Source: Cyclobacteriaceae bacterium
GTDB lineage: Bacteria > Bacteroidota > Bacteroidia > Cytophagales > Cyclobacteriaceae
Direction of reading: 5' to 3'
Assembly (NCBI GenBank): GCA_035318625.1
Contig: DATHEL010000002.1
Location: forward strand, 316,752 to 380,751
Length of the DNA: 64,000 nucleotides
Shown: in pieces, positions 27,210-36,420 of the stretch
How positions within the stretch are numbered: position 1 is the first letter of the stretch
Layout of the letters: every line of letters begins with the position of its first letter
The notes under the pieces: generated by a model
Told to the model about the DNA's origin: nothing
Database searches by the model: none
Seen by the model: the letters and a program-made list of their open reading frames with translations, nothing else
Program-made: the position numbers and the translations under genes

Positions 27210-27230
27210 TTTTTAATTTTTTTTGACTGC

Positions 27231-27238
27231 CAAAAGTA
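27231..27238 (-). promoter_or_regulatory. Bacteroidota -7 promoter box for ahcY
   Basis: TACTTTTG on the minus strand, 21 nt upstream of the ATG. Confidence 0.55.
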
Positions 27239-27329
27239 ACATAAAGGCATCTAAATTTCTAAGAAAGGAAACACAACAGAACCTTTTACCGGAATTCAAT
27301 TGTTGCAGAGAACAAATCACCGCCCTTCG

Positions 27330-27980
27330 ATGGATAAAGAGAACAAAACACTTATTAAGATAAAGATTGATGTAGTCTCGGACGTAGTTTGCCCCTGGTG
27401 TTACATCGGTAAACGCAGACTTGAGAAGGCCCTCTCTCAACTTCCCGAAAACTACGAGGCCGAAGTCAACTTCCTGCCTTTCGAATTGAACCCCGATTCC
27501 CCAAAAACCGGCAGAGATCACAAAACCTACCTGGCGGACAAATTCGGAGGAATTGAACGATACGAGCAACTGACGGACCATGTGACCAGCGTAGCTGCGG
27601 AGGAAGGCCTGGCTTTCGATTATTCGAAGCAATCCGTTATCCCGAACACGTTCGACTCACACCGGCTGATACAGTACGCAAAGGATCATGGTAAACAGGC
27701 GGCTGTGAAGGAAGCGTTGATGAGAGCATATTTTACAGAGGGTGTCGATCTTTCGAAGTCTGAAAATCTTCTTGACGTTGCCGAAAAAACCGGACTCGAC
27801 CGGGCACAGACCGCAACTTTCCTCTCATCCGAAGAAGGTGTCCAGGAGGTACGAACCATGGAGGCGATTAACTACCAGAGAGGGATCTCGGGCGTTCCGT
27901 TCTACATCATCAACAATAAGTACGGTGTGTCGGGTGCGCAACCTAGCGAGGTGTTTCTCCAGATACTCACAGGAGGTTGA
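27330..27980 (+). CDS. DsbA/FrnE family thiol oxidoreductase
   Basis: SDVVCPWCYIG, PFELNP, PNTFDSHRL, GVPFYII. Confidence 0.93.
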   Translation: MDKENKTLIKIKIDVVSDVVCPWCYIGKRRLEKALSQLPENYEAEVNFLPFELNPDSPKTGRDHKTYLADKFGGIERYEQLTDHVTSVAAEEGLAFDYSKQSVIPNTFDSHRLIQYAKDHGKQAAVKEALMRAYFTEGVDLSKSENLLDVAEKTGLDRAQTATFLSSEEGVQEVRTMEAINYQRGISGVPFYIINNKYGVSGAQPSEVFLQILTGG

Positions 27981-27986
27981 ATAGAA

Positions 27987-29270
27987 CTAAGGCTTGGTAG
28001 TCTCTGGCTTGGTGGGCTCTGGCTTATTGAGCTCAGCCTCTTTGAGCACGGCAGTCCAAACCTCCTGCTTTCCGTTGTTGATCGCCGACCACACAGGAAT
28101 GACCAGGCCTTTCTGAGCACTGATAGACAGATAGCCGGTCATCAGGCCCGTGTTGGTCAAAGCCGGTGTGAATGGTTGGTCATTGATCTTTTTTTCCTTG
28201 AATTGATTTCCACCATCGACAGACCATGAGAGGTAAACATCGGTCTGGTTATCGGTATAATTCCGGCGATCGTAGTATAAAATGTACACATGACCATTGG
28301 CCGGATCGATCGAAACCTGGGGAAGGAATTGTTCGCGTCCGGGTTCGTCCTGGTTGATCCGTGCGGGAACTGTCCAGTTGTCCCCGCGACTCACGGATCT
28401 TGTCAGCCAGATATCCGCGTCCTCCTCGCCGCTCTTGGTATCCGAATACACCATAAACAATGTGCCTTGTATGCGCGAAGGACTAGTGTCGATAGCGAAT
28501 ACGGGAGTGTTTGCGATGTCGCCGAAGCCGGGCACATTGATATTCCAACCTCCGGGCTGCGCAATGATGGCCAGATCGGAGCTGATCCACATATTACCAT
28601 CGTAAGAACGGTCGTAATACATAAATCCCTGACGCGCCCAAAGGATGAATATCTTTCCATCGTGAGCGATGCAGGCCGCAGAACCTCTGGAGGTAAAATC
28701 TCCATCGAGACAGTTACCGCTGTCCTGATTAACTTGTAAAGGTGCGCTCCACTTCTTCCCGCTGCCCGAAGCGCTCATCATGATATTCGACTTACAGTCG
28801 TCTCCCTCTGCGCCGTATTTATCGGATTCGGTCCATGTGACAATCAGTCCCTCCTTCCGGGGTTGTGCGGCAATGTGGACATTGTATTTTTCTTTACCAG
28901 GAAGGCCCGAGATCACGACCGGCACACTCCACGCTTTCCCATCGTCGCTTGACGAGGAACAAAAGACCTGGGTCAACGAGGGGTTTGAATAAGCGACGAA
29001 GAAATTTCCTTTCGAATCAACAGCAACAGAAGGAGTCCCTTTGCCGACATCCGATATGGTTGGTTGCGAATCCTTCCAGGTCACACCGGCGTCGTTGGAG
29101 TACACCAGCTTCCCGGCCGCCCAGGCGACTATGTTCTTGTTGTTCCTTGGACTTACCGCAACCGCCGCACCTGCCGTGGACGTCGCATCGAGCTCCCCAA
29201 GTTTATTGTTTGTTGTCTGTGCTAAAGCGATCGAACTGACAAAGATCAAAAGCAACGTAATACCTCTCAT
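27987..29270 (-). CDS. Secreted BNR/Asp-box beta-propeller (sialidase-like) protein
   Basis: Signal peptide ending LA|Q; repeated S.D.G..W motifs (SNDAGVTW, SDDGKAW, SYDGNMW, SVSRGDNW, SVDGGNQF). Confidence 0.8.
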   Translation of the reverse strand: MRGITLLLIFVSSIALAQTTNNKLGELDATSTAGAAVAVSPRNNKNIVAWAAGKLVYSNDAGVTWKDSQPTISDVGKGTPSVAVDSKGNFFVAYSNPSLTQVFCSSSSDDGKAWSVPVVISGLPGKEKYNVHIAAQPRKEGLIVTWTESDKYGAEGDDCKSNIMMSASGSGKKWSAPLQVNQDSGNCLDGDFTSRGSAACIAHDGKIFILWARQGFMYYDRSYDGNMWISSDLAIIAQPGGWNINVPGFGDIANTPVFAIDTSPSRIQGTLFMVYSDTKSGEEDADIWLTRSVSRGDNWTVPARINQDEPGREQFLPQVSIDPANGHVYILYYDRRNYTDNQTDVYLSWSVDGGNQFKEKKINDQPFTPALTNTGLMTGYLSISAQKGLVIPVWSAINNGKQEVWTAVLKEAELNKPEPTKPETTKP

Positions 29271-29294
29271 ATTCGGATGTGTGGACCACAAATC

Positions 29295-29963
29295 TTAAAA
29301 GTGTTTGGCATCTTTCAAAATTTTGATCCACTGCTTGTAGCCGGCTTCGTTTAAATGCAGGCCGTCTGTTGAATAAATGGCGTTGAGATTTCCTTCCTTG
29401 TCGGTGAAATCCTTATAAAGGTCGACGTAGGTGTAATTGAAGCGTTTGGAGATCTTCGAAAGCTGAGTGTTGATCACCACAACGCTCTCCATCACATCGT
29501 AGCCTTTCGGGAAATTCTTGAATGATTTATTGACGGGAAGTATACTCTGGACGAAGACGTTGGTGCCCGGCGAGTCCCTGTGTATCTGTGAAATGATCAG
29601 GAACATGTTTTCCAGGATCACATCTTCGGGAATATGCTTGGCCAGGTCGTTGACGCCGATCATTAAGAAGAGCTTCGATGGTTTGAACCGCGTGATCTCA
29701 TCCAGCCGCTGCATGATACCGAATGTGATGTCTCCTCCGATCCCGCGGTTGATCACGCTGGAATCGCCCAACAGCTTCCTGAAATTCCCCATTTCGGTAA
29801 TGCTGTTGCCTAAAAAGAGGATCTTCCCGTTGGTTTGCTTCTGTTTTTTGAAATCAGCAAGTTTTGCTTTGTAGTGATCCGGAAGAATGGGAATAGTATC
29901 CCAATCCTGCCCGCGACAAGTTAATGTCACGATAAAAAACAGCACAAAAGCCTCAAACCTCAT
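29295..29963 (-). CDS. GDSL/SGNH family esterase
   Basis: FLGNSIT, NRGIGGD, IGVND, DGLHL. Confidence 0.92.
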   Translation of the reverse strand: MRFEAFVLFFIVTLTCRGQDWDTIPILPDHYKAKLADFKKQKQTNGKILFLGNSITEMGNFRKLLGDSSVINRGIGGDITFGIMQRLDEITRFKPSKLFLMIGVNDLAKHIPEDVILENMFLIISQIHRDSPGTNVFVQSILPVNKSFKNFPKGYDVMESVVVINTQLSKISKRFNYTYVDLYKDFTDKEGNLNAIYSTDGLHLNEAGYKQWIKILKDAKHF

Positions 29964-31864
29964 TTCTTCAGTGACTCTATTTTTGTATTAAGCTTATCCC
30001 CGCCGATCTCGATCACCGATGAACCATACACCGTAATCGTCGACTTAATGAAATCCTCCTCGTTCGCCTTGTAGATGTTGTCGACATACTTCTGCGGGTT
30101 ACGGTCGATATACGGGAACCATGTGCTTTGCACCTGTATCATCATCCTGTGTCCTTTGCGGAATGTGTGAAGCACATCTTGCAAACGGAAGTTTACATCT
30201 GTGGGCTGGTTGGCGACAAAGGGCTCGGGCTTCTCGAAGCTGTTCCTGAATCGTCCACGCATCACTTCGCTGCGCACCATCTGCTGGTACCCTCCCATCA
30301 CGATGTTCTTCGGGTTGTGTTCATACTTTTCATGATCCTGCGGGTACACGTCGATGAGTTTCACGACAAAGTCGGCATCGGTGCCGGTCATCGCCACTTT
30401 CAGCTTCGCCATGATCTCTCCGGCAACGAGTACATCCTCCGTCAGCGGTTCGGTTTCGAATGTGAGCACGTCGGGGCGCCGGCCGGCGTCACGCTGGTCG
30501 TCGCTCATGAATGAACGGGGTGTGAACACGAGCCCTTCGATCTGTGAGGTATAAGGAACAGGCTTCGCGGGATCGCTGATATAATCGAAGGCTGCTTTTT
30601 CGTCGAGGGGTTTGTTGATCGACAGCCGGCCCTTATCGCCGAAATACAAACGCACGGGCGGAATGTCTTTCGGAGGCCATGCGTTAAAGCTCCTCCAGTC
30701 TTTGGTGCCTGTATCGAACACGAGGGCTTCAGGCAAGGTCATTGCGCCTTCGCCTTTGAGGTAGTGAGCAAAAAACTTCCGTTCAACTTCACGTTGATAG
30801 AAAGTATTGATGCTGTCTCCGAAATAGATGTGATTATGGGTCAGGGCGCCTTCATCGGGCCGTGACCATTGTCCGTGTGCCCAGGGACCCATGACGATCG
30901 TGTTCTTCGCCGCGGGACTCGATCTCTCGATAGACTTATAAATATTCAATGGGCCGTAAAGGTCTTCGGCATCGAACCATCCTCCGACGGTCATCACCGC
31001 GTGCTTGACACCGGTAAGGTGCGGGAGCAGGTTGCGTTTTTGCCAGAACTCATCGTAGTTGGGATGATCGATGATCTCTTTCCAGAAGAAGTTGTCGTGG
31101 TGAAATTCTTCGGTTGCATTTTTTAGAGGGCCCAGTCTCAGGTTGAAATCGTAGCCGTCGGCCACTCTTTGTTCGCGGAACCTGGCGAGCTGTTCGGTAT
31201 ACCATGCCTTATCGGTGGGTTTGTCGTGCTGATACCCGAACACACCGAACGCTGCGAGATAACTTTGTAGGAATACTCCGTTGTGGTGAAAGTCGTCAAA
31301 GAAGAAGTCAGAGATCGGGGCCTGAGGCGACGATGCGACCAATGCCGGGTGGGCGTCGGGTAAACTGGCTGCTGCATAAAATCCGGGATACGAAATACCC
31401 CACTGACCAACCTTGCCATTGTTGTTCTTGACATTCTTCAGAAGCCATTCGATGGTGTCGAACGTATCCGAAGCTTCGTCGACAGCGGTTTTGTTCTTTT
31501 TATCGTTACCGGGAATGTTAGGGGTCATGTTGGTGAACACACCTTCCGACATCCAGCGGCCGCGTACGTCTTGATAGACGAAAATATATCCGTCGTGCAG
31601 TTCGTACTTCGAAGGTCCGAGTGATTTCCTGAATTTACCGGGCCCGTAAGGTTGAACGCTGTAACACGTCCGTTGCATGAGGAACGGGAATTTGCGGGTT
31701 TGGTCTTTGGGGACATAGATCGAGGTGAACAGCTTGACACCATCCCTCATGGGAATGGAGACTTCCATTTTGTCGTAGTTCATGACAACGTAAACGGAGT
31801 CAGGAATGGCTGCATGCCCGGTAAATGCCAACAATACAAAAAACAACAGGGTAAGGAATTTCAT
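29960..31864 (-). CDS. CocE/NonD family serine hydrolase (amino-acid ester hydrolase-like)
   Basis: MRDGVKL, QDVRGR, WGISYPG nucleophile motif, GGWFDAED, GPWAHG. Confidence 0.92.
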   Translation of the reverse strand: MKFLTLLFFVLLAFTGHAAIPDSVYVVMNYDKMEVSIPMRDGVKLFTSIYVPKDQTRKFPFLMQRTCYSVQPYGPGKFRKSLGPSKYELHDGYIFVYQDVRGRWMSEGVFTNMTPNIPGNDKKNKTAVDEASDTFDTIEWLLKNVKNNNGKVGQWGISYPGFYAAASLPDAHPALVASSPQAPISDFFFDDFHHNGVFLQSYLAAFGVFGYQHDKPTDKAWYTEQLARFREQRVADGYDFNLRLGPLKNATEEFHHDNFFWKEIIDHPNYDEFWQKRNLLPHLTGVKHAVMTVGGWFDAEDLYGPLNIYKSIERSSPAAKNTIVMGPWAHGQWSRPDEGALTHNHIYFGDSINTFYQREVERKFFAHYLKGEGAMTLPEALVFDTGTKDWRSFNAWPPKDIPPVRLYFGDKGRLSINKPLDEKAAFDYISDPAKPVPYTSQIEGLVFTPRSFMSDDQRDAGRRPDVLTFETEPLTEDVLVAGEIMAKLKVAMTGTDADFVVKLIDVYPQDHEKYEHNPKNIVMGGYQQMVRSEVMRGRFRNSFEKPEPFVANQPTDVNFRLQDVLHTFRKGHRMMIQVQSTWFPYIDRNPQKYVDNIYKANEEDFIKSTITVYGSSVIEIGGDKLNTKIESLKK

Positions 31865-31921
31865 AGCCTGGTTAGGTTAGGCCGGGAAATTAAGAAGACT
31901 AAGAGGGATTGCCAATAGGAG

Positions 31922-34312
31922 TTATTCGGTCTTCAAGCTCTTCACCGGGCTGCGATTGGCAGCTTCCAGCAAACGATAAGAAACCGTCAACAACGTGACC
32001 ACCAGCGAGCCCACGCCTGCTGCGGCAAAGATCTCCCAGGTGATAGCGGTGCGGTAGACAAAATTCTCGATCCACAGACTAAGCGCATACCATGCGATGG
32101 GAACCGCAATTGCCCACGACACAACGACCAGGATCACAAACTCCGACGACATAAGTTTCCACAAACCGAACACCGAAGCTCCGACAACCTTCCGGATCCC
32201 GATCTCCTTCGTACGACGCTCGGTCATAAACGAAGCCATGCCGAAGAGTCCGAGACAACTGATGATGATCGCGAGCACGGCGAACACCGCCCCGAGCGTT
32301 CCGACACGTTCTTCGTAAGCAAACTTCAGATCGTATTCTGTGTCGGCGAAACTGTACTGGAACGGAACTTCAGGTGCAGCCTTGCGAAAGGTCTTCTCGA
32401 TCTCCGATACAGCCTCAGCTGCAATCGCTACATCAGCAAGACGTATGTGTATTGCTCCGAAATCTTTCTGAAGATAAAACACGGCGGGCATAACGGGATC
32501 GAACGGCGATTTCATCATCAGGTCGCTCACTACCCCGATGATGGCGAAGTCTTTGTCTACATTGTTATGGAACTTACTTTTCCAATGAACGACCTCTCCC
32601 ACTGCCGAGGTCATGCCCATTACTTTAGCGGCAGCTTCATTGATGACGAATGCCGATGAATCGGAAGCCATGCCTTCTTCGAAGTCCCTGCCTGCAACAA
32701 TTTTCCAGCCCACCGTTTTGCCAAACTCGTGATTGATACCCAGTGTTCCGATAGTCGTGTTGGTACCCTCAATCTTTCCTTTCCATTCGAACCCTCCACC
32801 CTGCGACCACGCCGACGTTACGCTTCCGCCTGCATGGGCAACGTGCCTGACAACACCGGTCTGCATCAGCTCATCGCGAATGATATCATATTTCCCGTTG
32901 TAGGCGCGGCTTGCTACCATCATCAAACCTCCGCGCGAATAACCTACCTCGCGGTCTTTGGCAAACACGATCTGTTTGTAAACGACGATAGTCGCAATGA
33001 TCAATGATATCGAAACAGTGAACTGAACGGTGACCAACACGCGCCGTAAGAAAGTCGCCATTCTACCAACCCGGTTCTGGCCCTTAAGCACCGCGGCCGG
33101 TCTGAACGAGGAAAGATAAAACGCGGGGTAGCTTCCCGCGACCACCCCGGTGACCGAGATCAAAATAACAGTCGACGACCAGAAAAGTGGATTAGTCCAG
33201 GGCATGCTCATCGCTTTACCGGCCAATTCATTAAACGCCGGCAGGAAGAGCGCCGCGATCACTAGCGCGCCAGCAAATGAAACAAAGACAACGATAAATG
33301 ATTCACTGAAAAACTGTCCAACCAGTTGAGATCGCAAAGACCCAATCGCTTTACGGATACCCACCTCGCGCATCCTTTTTTCGGACCGTGCCGTGGCAAG
33401 GTTCATAAAGTTGATACACGCCAGCAACAGCACGAAAATGCCGATAGCGCTGATCAGGTACACAAATTGTATCGGCCCGTTGCCCATACCCCCGGCCTTC
33501 CGATCGAACGTCGAGTGCAGGTGCCATTTGTCCATCGGTTGAAGCCATATCTGTGTGTTCTCCTCGACCTCGCTCTTCATGTAATCGAGATGACGGATGA
33601 CATTCATCTCGGCATCTGCAATCAGAGGCGCAACCTGGTCGAAGGTCACGTTGGGTGCGAGCTCCGCGTACACGAAAACAAAATGATCTTCCCAGCCAGC
33701 GTTTGTTATCCCGGGATTTTCAAGCACCAACAGGTCCCAGGGCGCAAAGAATTTTATTTCACTGAAGTCTGAATTGTGAGGCAGGTCGCGATAAACACCC
33801 GTTACTTTCACATCCATTTTGTTGCTGATCCTTACCAGCTTGTCAAGCGCTTTCTCATTACCAAACAACGAGATAGCCATGGATTCCGAAAGGATGAGCG
33901 AATGAGGGTCTTGCAACGCAGACAAGCCACCTTCCGTCATTTCCAACGTCAGCATTTCGGGAAGACCGGCTTCGACAAACTGCCCACGAACCGAAAACTG
34001 GTTGTCTTCCGAAGAGATGATGTAGTCGTTAGCGACGTTCGCCGTAACGATATGCCTGAACGACTGGTGGTATTTTTCCTTTAGCTCCACCGACAGAGGA
34101 TACGGAAGCCATTTCTGTGCGGTCCATTTGTAAACCTGGGCAATACGCCCATGATTCTGATGATAGTTGTTGAATGTCAGTTCATCGTTTACCCAAAGGC
34201 CGATGAGCAGTGCGATCGAAATGCCCAGCGCGAGTCCCCCGGTGTTGATCAATGTGTCTGTCCTGTATCGTAACAGGTGGCGAAAGCCGGTCTTGATGTA
34301 ACTCCGTATCAT
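31922..34312 (-). CDS. MacB/FtsX-type ABC transporter permease (tandem double FtsX)
   Basis: LLACINFMNL...RMREVGIRK.IG and RTKEIGIRKVVGA motifs; two periplasmic cores. Confidence 0.93.
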   Translation of the reverse strand: MIRSYIKTGFRHLLRYRTDTLINTGGLALGISIALLIGLWVNDELTFNNYHQNHGRIAQVYKWTAQKWLPYPLSVELKEKYHQSFRHIVTANVANDYIISSEDNQFSVRGQFVEAGLPEMLTLEMTEGGLSALQDPHSLILSESMAISLFGNEKALDKLVRISNKMDVKVTGVYRDLPHNSDFSEIKFFAPWDLLVLENPGITNAGWEDHFVFVYAELAPNVTFDQVAPLIADAEMNVIRHLDYMKSEVEENTQIWLQPMDKWHLHSTFDRKAGGMGNGPIQFVYLISAIGIFVLLLACINFMNLATARSEKRMREVGIRKAIGSLRSQLVGQFFSESFIVVFVSFAGALVIAALFLPAFNELAGKAMSMPWTNPLFWSSTVILISVTGVVAGSYPAFYLSSFRPAAVLKGQNRVGRMATFLRRVLVTVQFTVSISLIIATIVVYKQIVFAKDREVGYSRGGLMMVASRAYNGKYDIIRDELMQTGVVRHVAHAGGSVTSAWSQGGGFEWKGKIEGTNTTIGTLGINHEFGKTVGWKIVAGRDFEEGMASDSSAFVINEAAAKVMGMTSAVGEVVHWKSKFHNNVDKDFAIIGVVSDLMMKSPFDPVMPAVFYLQKDFGAIHIRLADVAIAAEAVSEIEKTFRKAAPEVPFQYSFADTEYDLKFAYEERVGTLGAVFAVLAIIISCLGLFGMASFMTERRTKEIGIRKVVGASVFGLWKLMSSEFVILVVVSWAIAVPIAWYALSLWIENFVYRTAITWEIFAAAGVGSLVVTLLTVSYRLLEAANRSPVKSLKTE

Positions 34313-34452
34313 GGTAGGCAAGGCATTTAGTGGTTTAGCGGTCCGATAAGATACTTTCTGAAATCAAAAAGGTTGCACGGCGGTCACGTAACGATAACAA
34401 AGGATGGCTTGAATTGTCCTAATCCGGGCGCGAATTGTCTTAAATTTGACTC

Positions 34453-35466
34453 ATGATGCGCCTTACCCTTGTATTTGTCTTTGTTGCGACAGCATTCTTT
34501 TCCGCTGCCCAGAATAAGTCTCCGAAAACTCTTCAGACCATCGCCTTCGGCTCGTGCAGTCATGAAGACGACTCCGTCCAGCTTTGGACCGACATCGTCG
34601 CGCTGAAACCCGACCTGTGGATATGGATGGGAGACAATATTTACGGCGACACGCAAGATATGGCGGTGATGAAGCACAAGTACAACATCCAGAAATCAAA
34701 TCCCGAATACCAGGCACTTGTTAAATCATGTCCGGTCGTCGGAACCTGGGACGATCACGATTACGGGATCAACGATGGTGGAAAGTTTTTCGCGAAGAAA
34801 GACCAAAGCAAGACACTGGCGCTCGATTTCCTGGATGTTCCCAGGAATGCAGCAGTCAGGAAACGCCCCGGCATTTACGACAGCTATGATTTCGGCCCGA
34901 AAGGAAAAAGAGTGAAAGTGATCCTTCTCGACACCCGCTCGTTTCGCGACACGGTCATCATCAGCACTGTCGCCGGTAGACGTTATGATCCCAATCCCGA
35001 TGGCGATGTGCTCGGTGATGCGCAATGGAAATGGCTGGAGAGTGAGTTGAAGAAGTCCAGTGCCGATCTTAACATCATTGTGTCAAGCATTCAATTCCTG
35101 GCGAACGATCATTATTGGGAGAAGTGGGGCAACTTTCCGGCAGCCCGGCAGAGAATGATCGACCTGCTGGTGAAAGCTAAGCCTGGCAATACGTTCTTCA
35201 TCAGCGGCGATCGTCACATCGGCGAAGTGTCGCGACTTACGCTGGATGGTCTTCCTTATGCGCTTTATGATTTCACGTCGAGCGGCCTTACACATACGTG
35301 GGATGGCGCCCGTGAAGAGAAGAATTCGCTTCGCGTCGGACAGCTGATCATTCAAAAGAACTTCGGACTCATCCGGATCAACTGGAATAACAACCTTCCT
35401 AATGTCGAGATGGAAATACGGGGAAAGAATGGAACGGTATGGCAATCGATACCGGTAAGGTTCTAA
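34453..35466 (+). CDS. phoD: PhoD-like alkaline phosphatase
   Basis: AFGSC, WMGDNIYGD, TWDDHDYG, LLDTR, SGDRH. Confidence 0.9.
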   Translation: MMRLTLVFVFVATAFFSAAQNKSPKTLQTIAFGSCSHEDDSVQLWTDIVALKPDLWIWMGDNIYGDTQDMAVMKHKYNIQKSNPEYQALVKSCPVVGTWDDHDYGINDGGKFFAKKDQSKTLALDFLDVPRNAAVRKRPGIYDSYDFGPKGKRVKVILLDTRSFRDTVIISTVAGRRYDPNPDGDVLGDAQWKWLESELKKSSADLNIIVSSIQFLANDHYWEKWGNFPAARQRMIDLLVKAKPGNTFFISGDRHIGEVSRLTLDGLPYALYDFTSSGLTHTWDGAREEKNSLRVGQLIIQKNFGLIRINWNNNLPNVEMEIRGKNGTVWQSIPVRF

Positions 35467-36101
35467 AAACGACTGATCTTTTTAGGCAGGTCTTTCGGTA
35501 CTGCAAAGATCGCATCGTCGAGCTTTTTCACATTTACCTCGGTAGCGGTCATTGTCATCATAAACTGCGGAGTATCCAAAATTGCCTTCAACGGTAACGA
35601 CTTCGTTTTATCGATGACGAAATTCCAATTGCCGAGATTGTGATTTTTGTAAAGGGTGGGATCAACTGCATACTTTGAATTGTAGTAAAACGTGTAAATG
35701 GTCCCGGACTTGGTATGCACAACCACGATGCTGCACTTTACTCCCATCACATCTTCCTGTTCTTTTGAGACATTCCAATCAACAACAGGATCGTTTTGAA
35801 TTGTCACATCGTTCCAATAGAGGGTATCGACATTAGTAAGTTTTGTATACAATCTTTGTTCTGAAGGAGAATACACTTGCAGACTCATAAATGTCCCATT
35901 CATCTCAGTTCTATAATTTTCACCCCTGATATAATATCCCTGCGTGTCGCCCATCATACCGGTGAGTTGCGTCGAAGCAGCATCGCCACCCCGTTTCATT
36001 TTATAGATGCATTTATAAACAATCTTTCCTTCGAAAGGCTGTGCATTGACAGCAGCTACCGCGAGACCGATCGCTAGTAAACAGAATATTGTTCTCTTCA
36101 T
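35463..36101 (-). CDS. Secreted hypothetical protein (DUF4412/GLPGLI-like)
   Basis: Signal peptide ending VNA|Q; FEGKIVY start and E.VMG..C..V pattern; visibly AT-richer than its neighbours. Confidence 0.65.
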   Translation of the reverse strand: MKRTIFCLLAIGLAVAAVNAQPFEGKIVYKCIYKMKRGGDAASTQLTGMMGDTQGYYIRGENYRTEMNGTFMSLQVYSPSEQRLYTKLTNVDTLYWNDVTIQNDPVVDWNVSKEQEDVMGVKCSIVVVHTKSGTIYTFYYNSKYAVDPTLYKNHNLGNWNFVIDKTKSLPLKAILDTPQFMMTMTATEVNVKKLDDAIFAVPKDLPKKISRF

Positions 36102-36163
36102 ACCACCTAATAAAGACAAATTTTCTTTCTAAAAAGAAAATCTATACCCCTCCTATTTCGTAA

Positions 36164-36350
36164 TATTGCATTCGTAATGGTTTCAATCGCATCACAATGC
36201 GAATTGAATTAAAAGGGAATACCGGTTAAAAATCCGGAGCAGTTCCCGCTACTGTAAGCACCGCAAAGCGTTGCCTCCAATCTTCAGTCACTGTCCCGTT
36301 GGGACGGGAAGACCAGGCAACAGGGTGATAAGCCAGGAGACCTGCCAATA
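36164..36350 (+). promoter_or_regulatory. Cobalamin (B12) riboswitch
   Basis: AAAAGGGAA (36211), CCGGT..AAATCCGG, CCCGCTACTGTAA (36245), TCACTG...GGGAAG, and B12 box AAGCCAGGAGACCTGCC (36330-36346); lies upstream of a TonB-dependent receptor. Confidence 0.95.
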
Positions 36351-36420
36351 CAATTAACAGCACGATGCTTTCGGGAGAAAGGCAAAAGGCGACCGATGTC
36401 TTAGATAAAATTTTTGTATT

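Noticed and set aside
27210-27329. SAH or SAM riboswitch upstream of ahcY
   Set aside because: The leader from the -7 box to the ATG is only about 20 nt and no riboswitch core motifs are visible.
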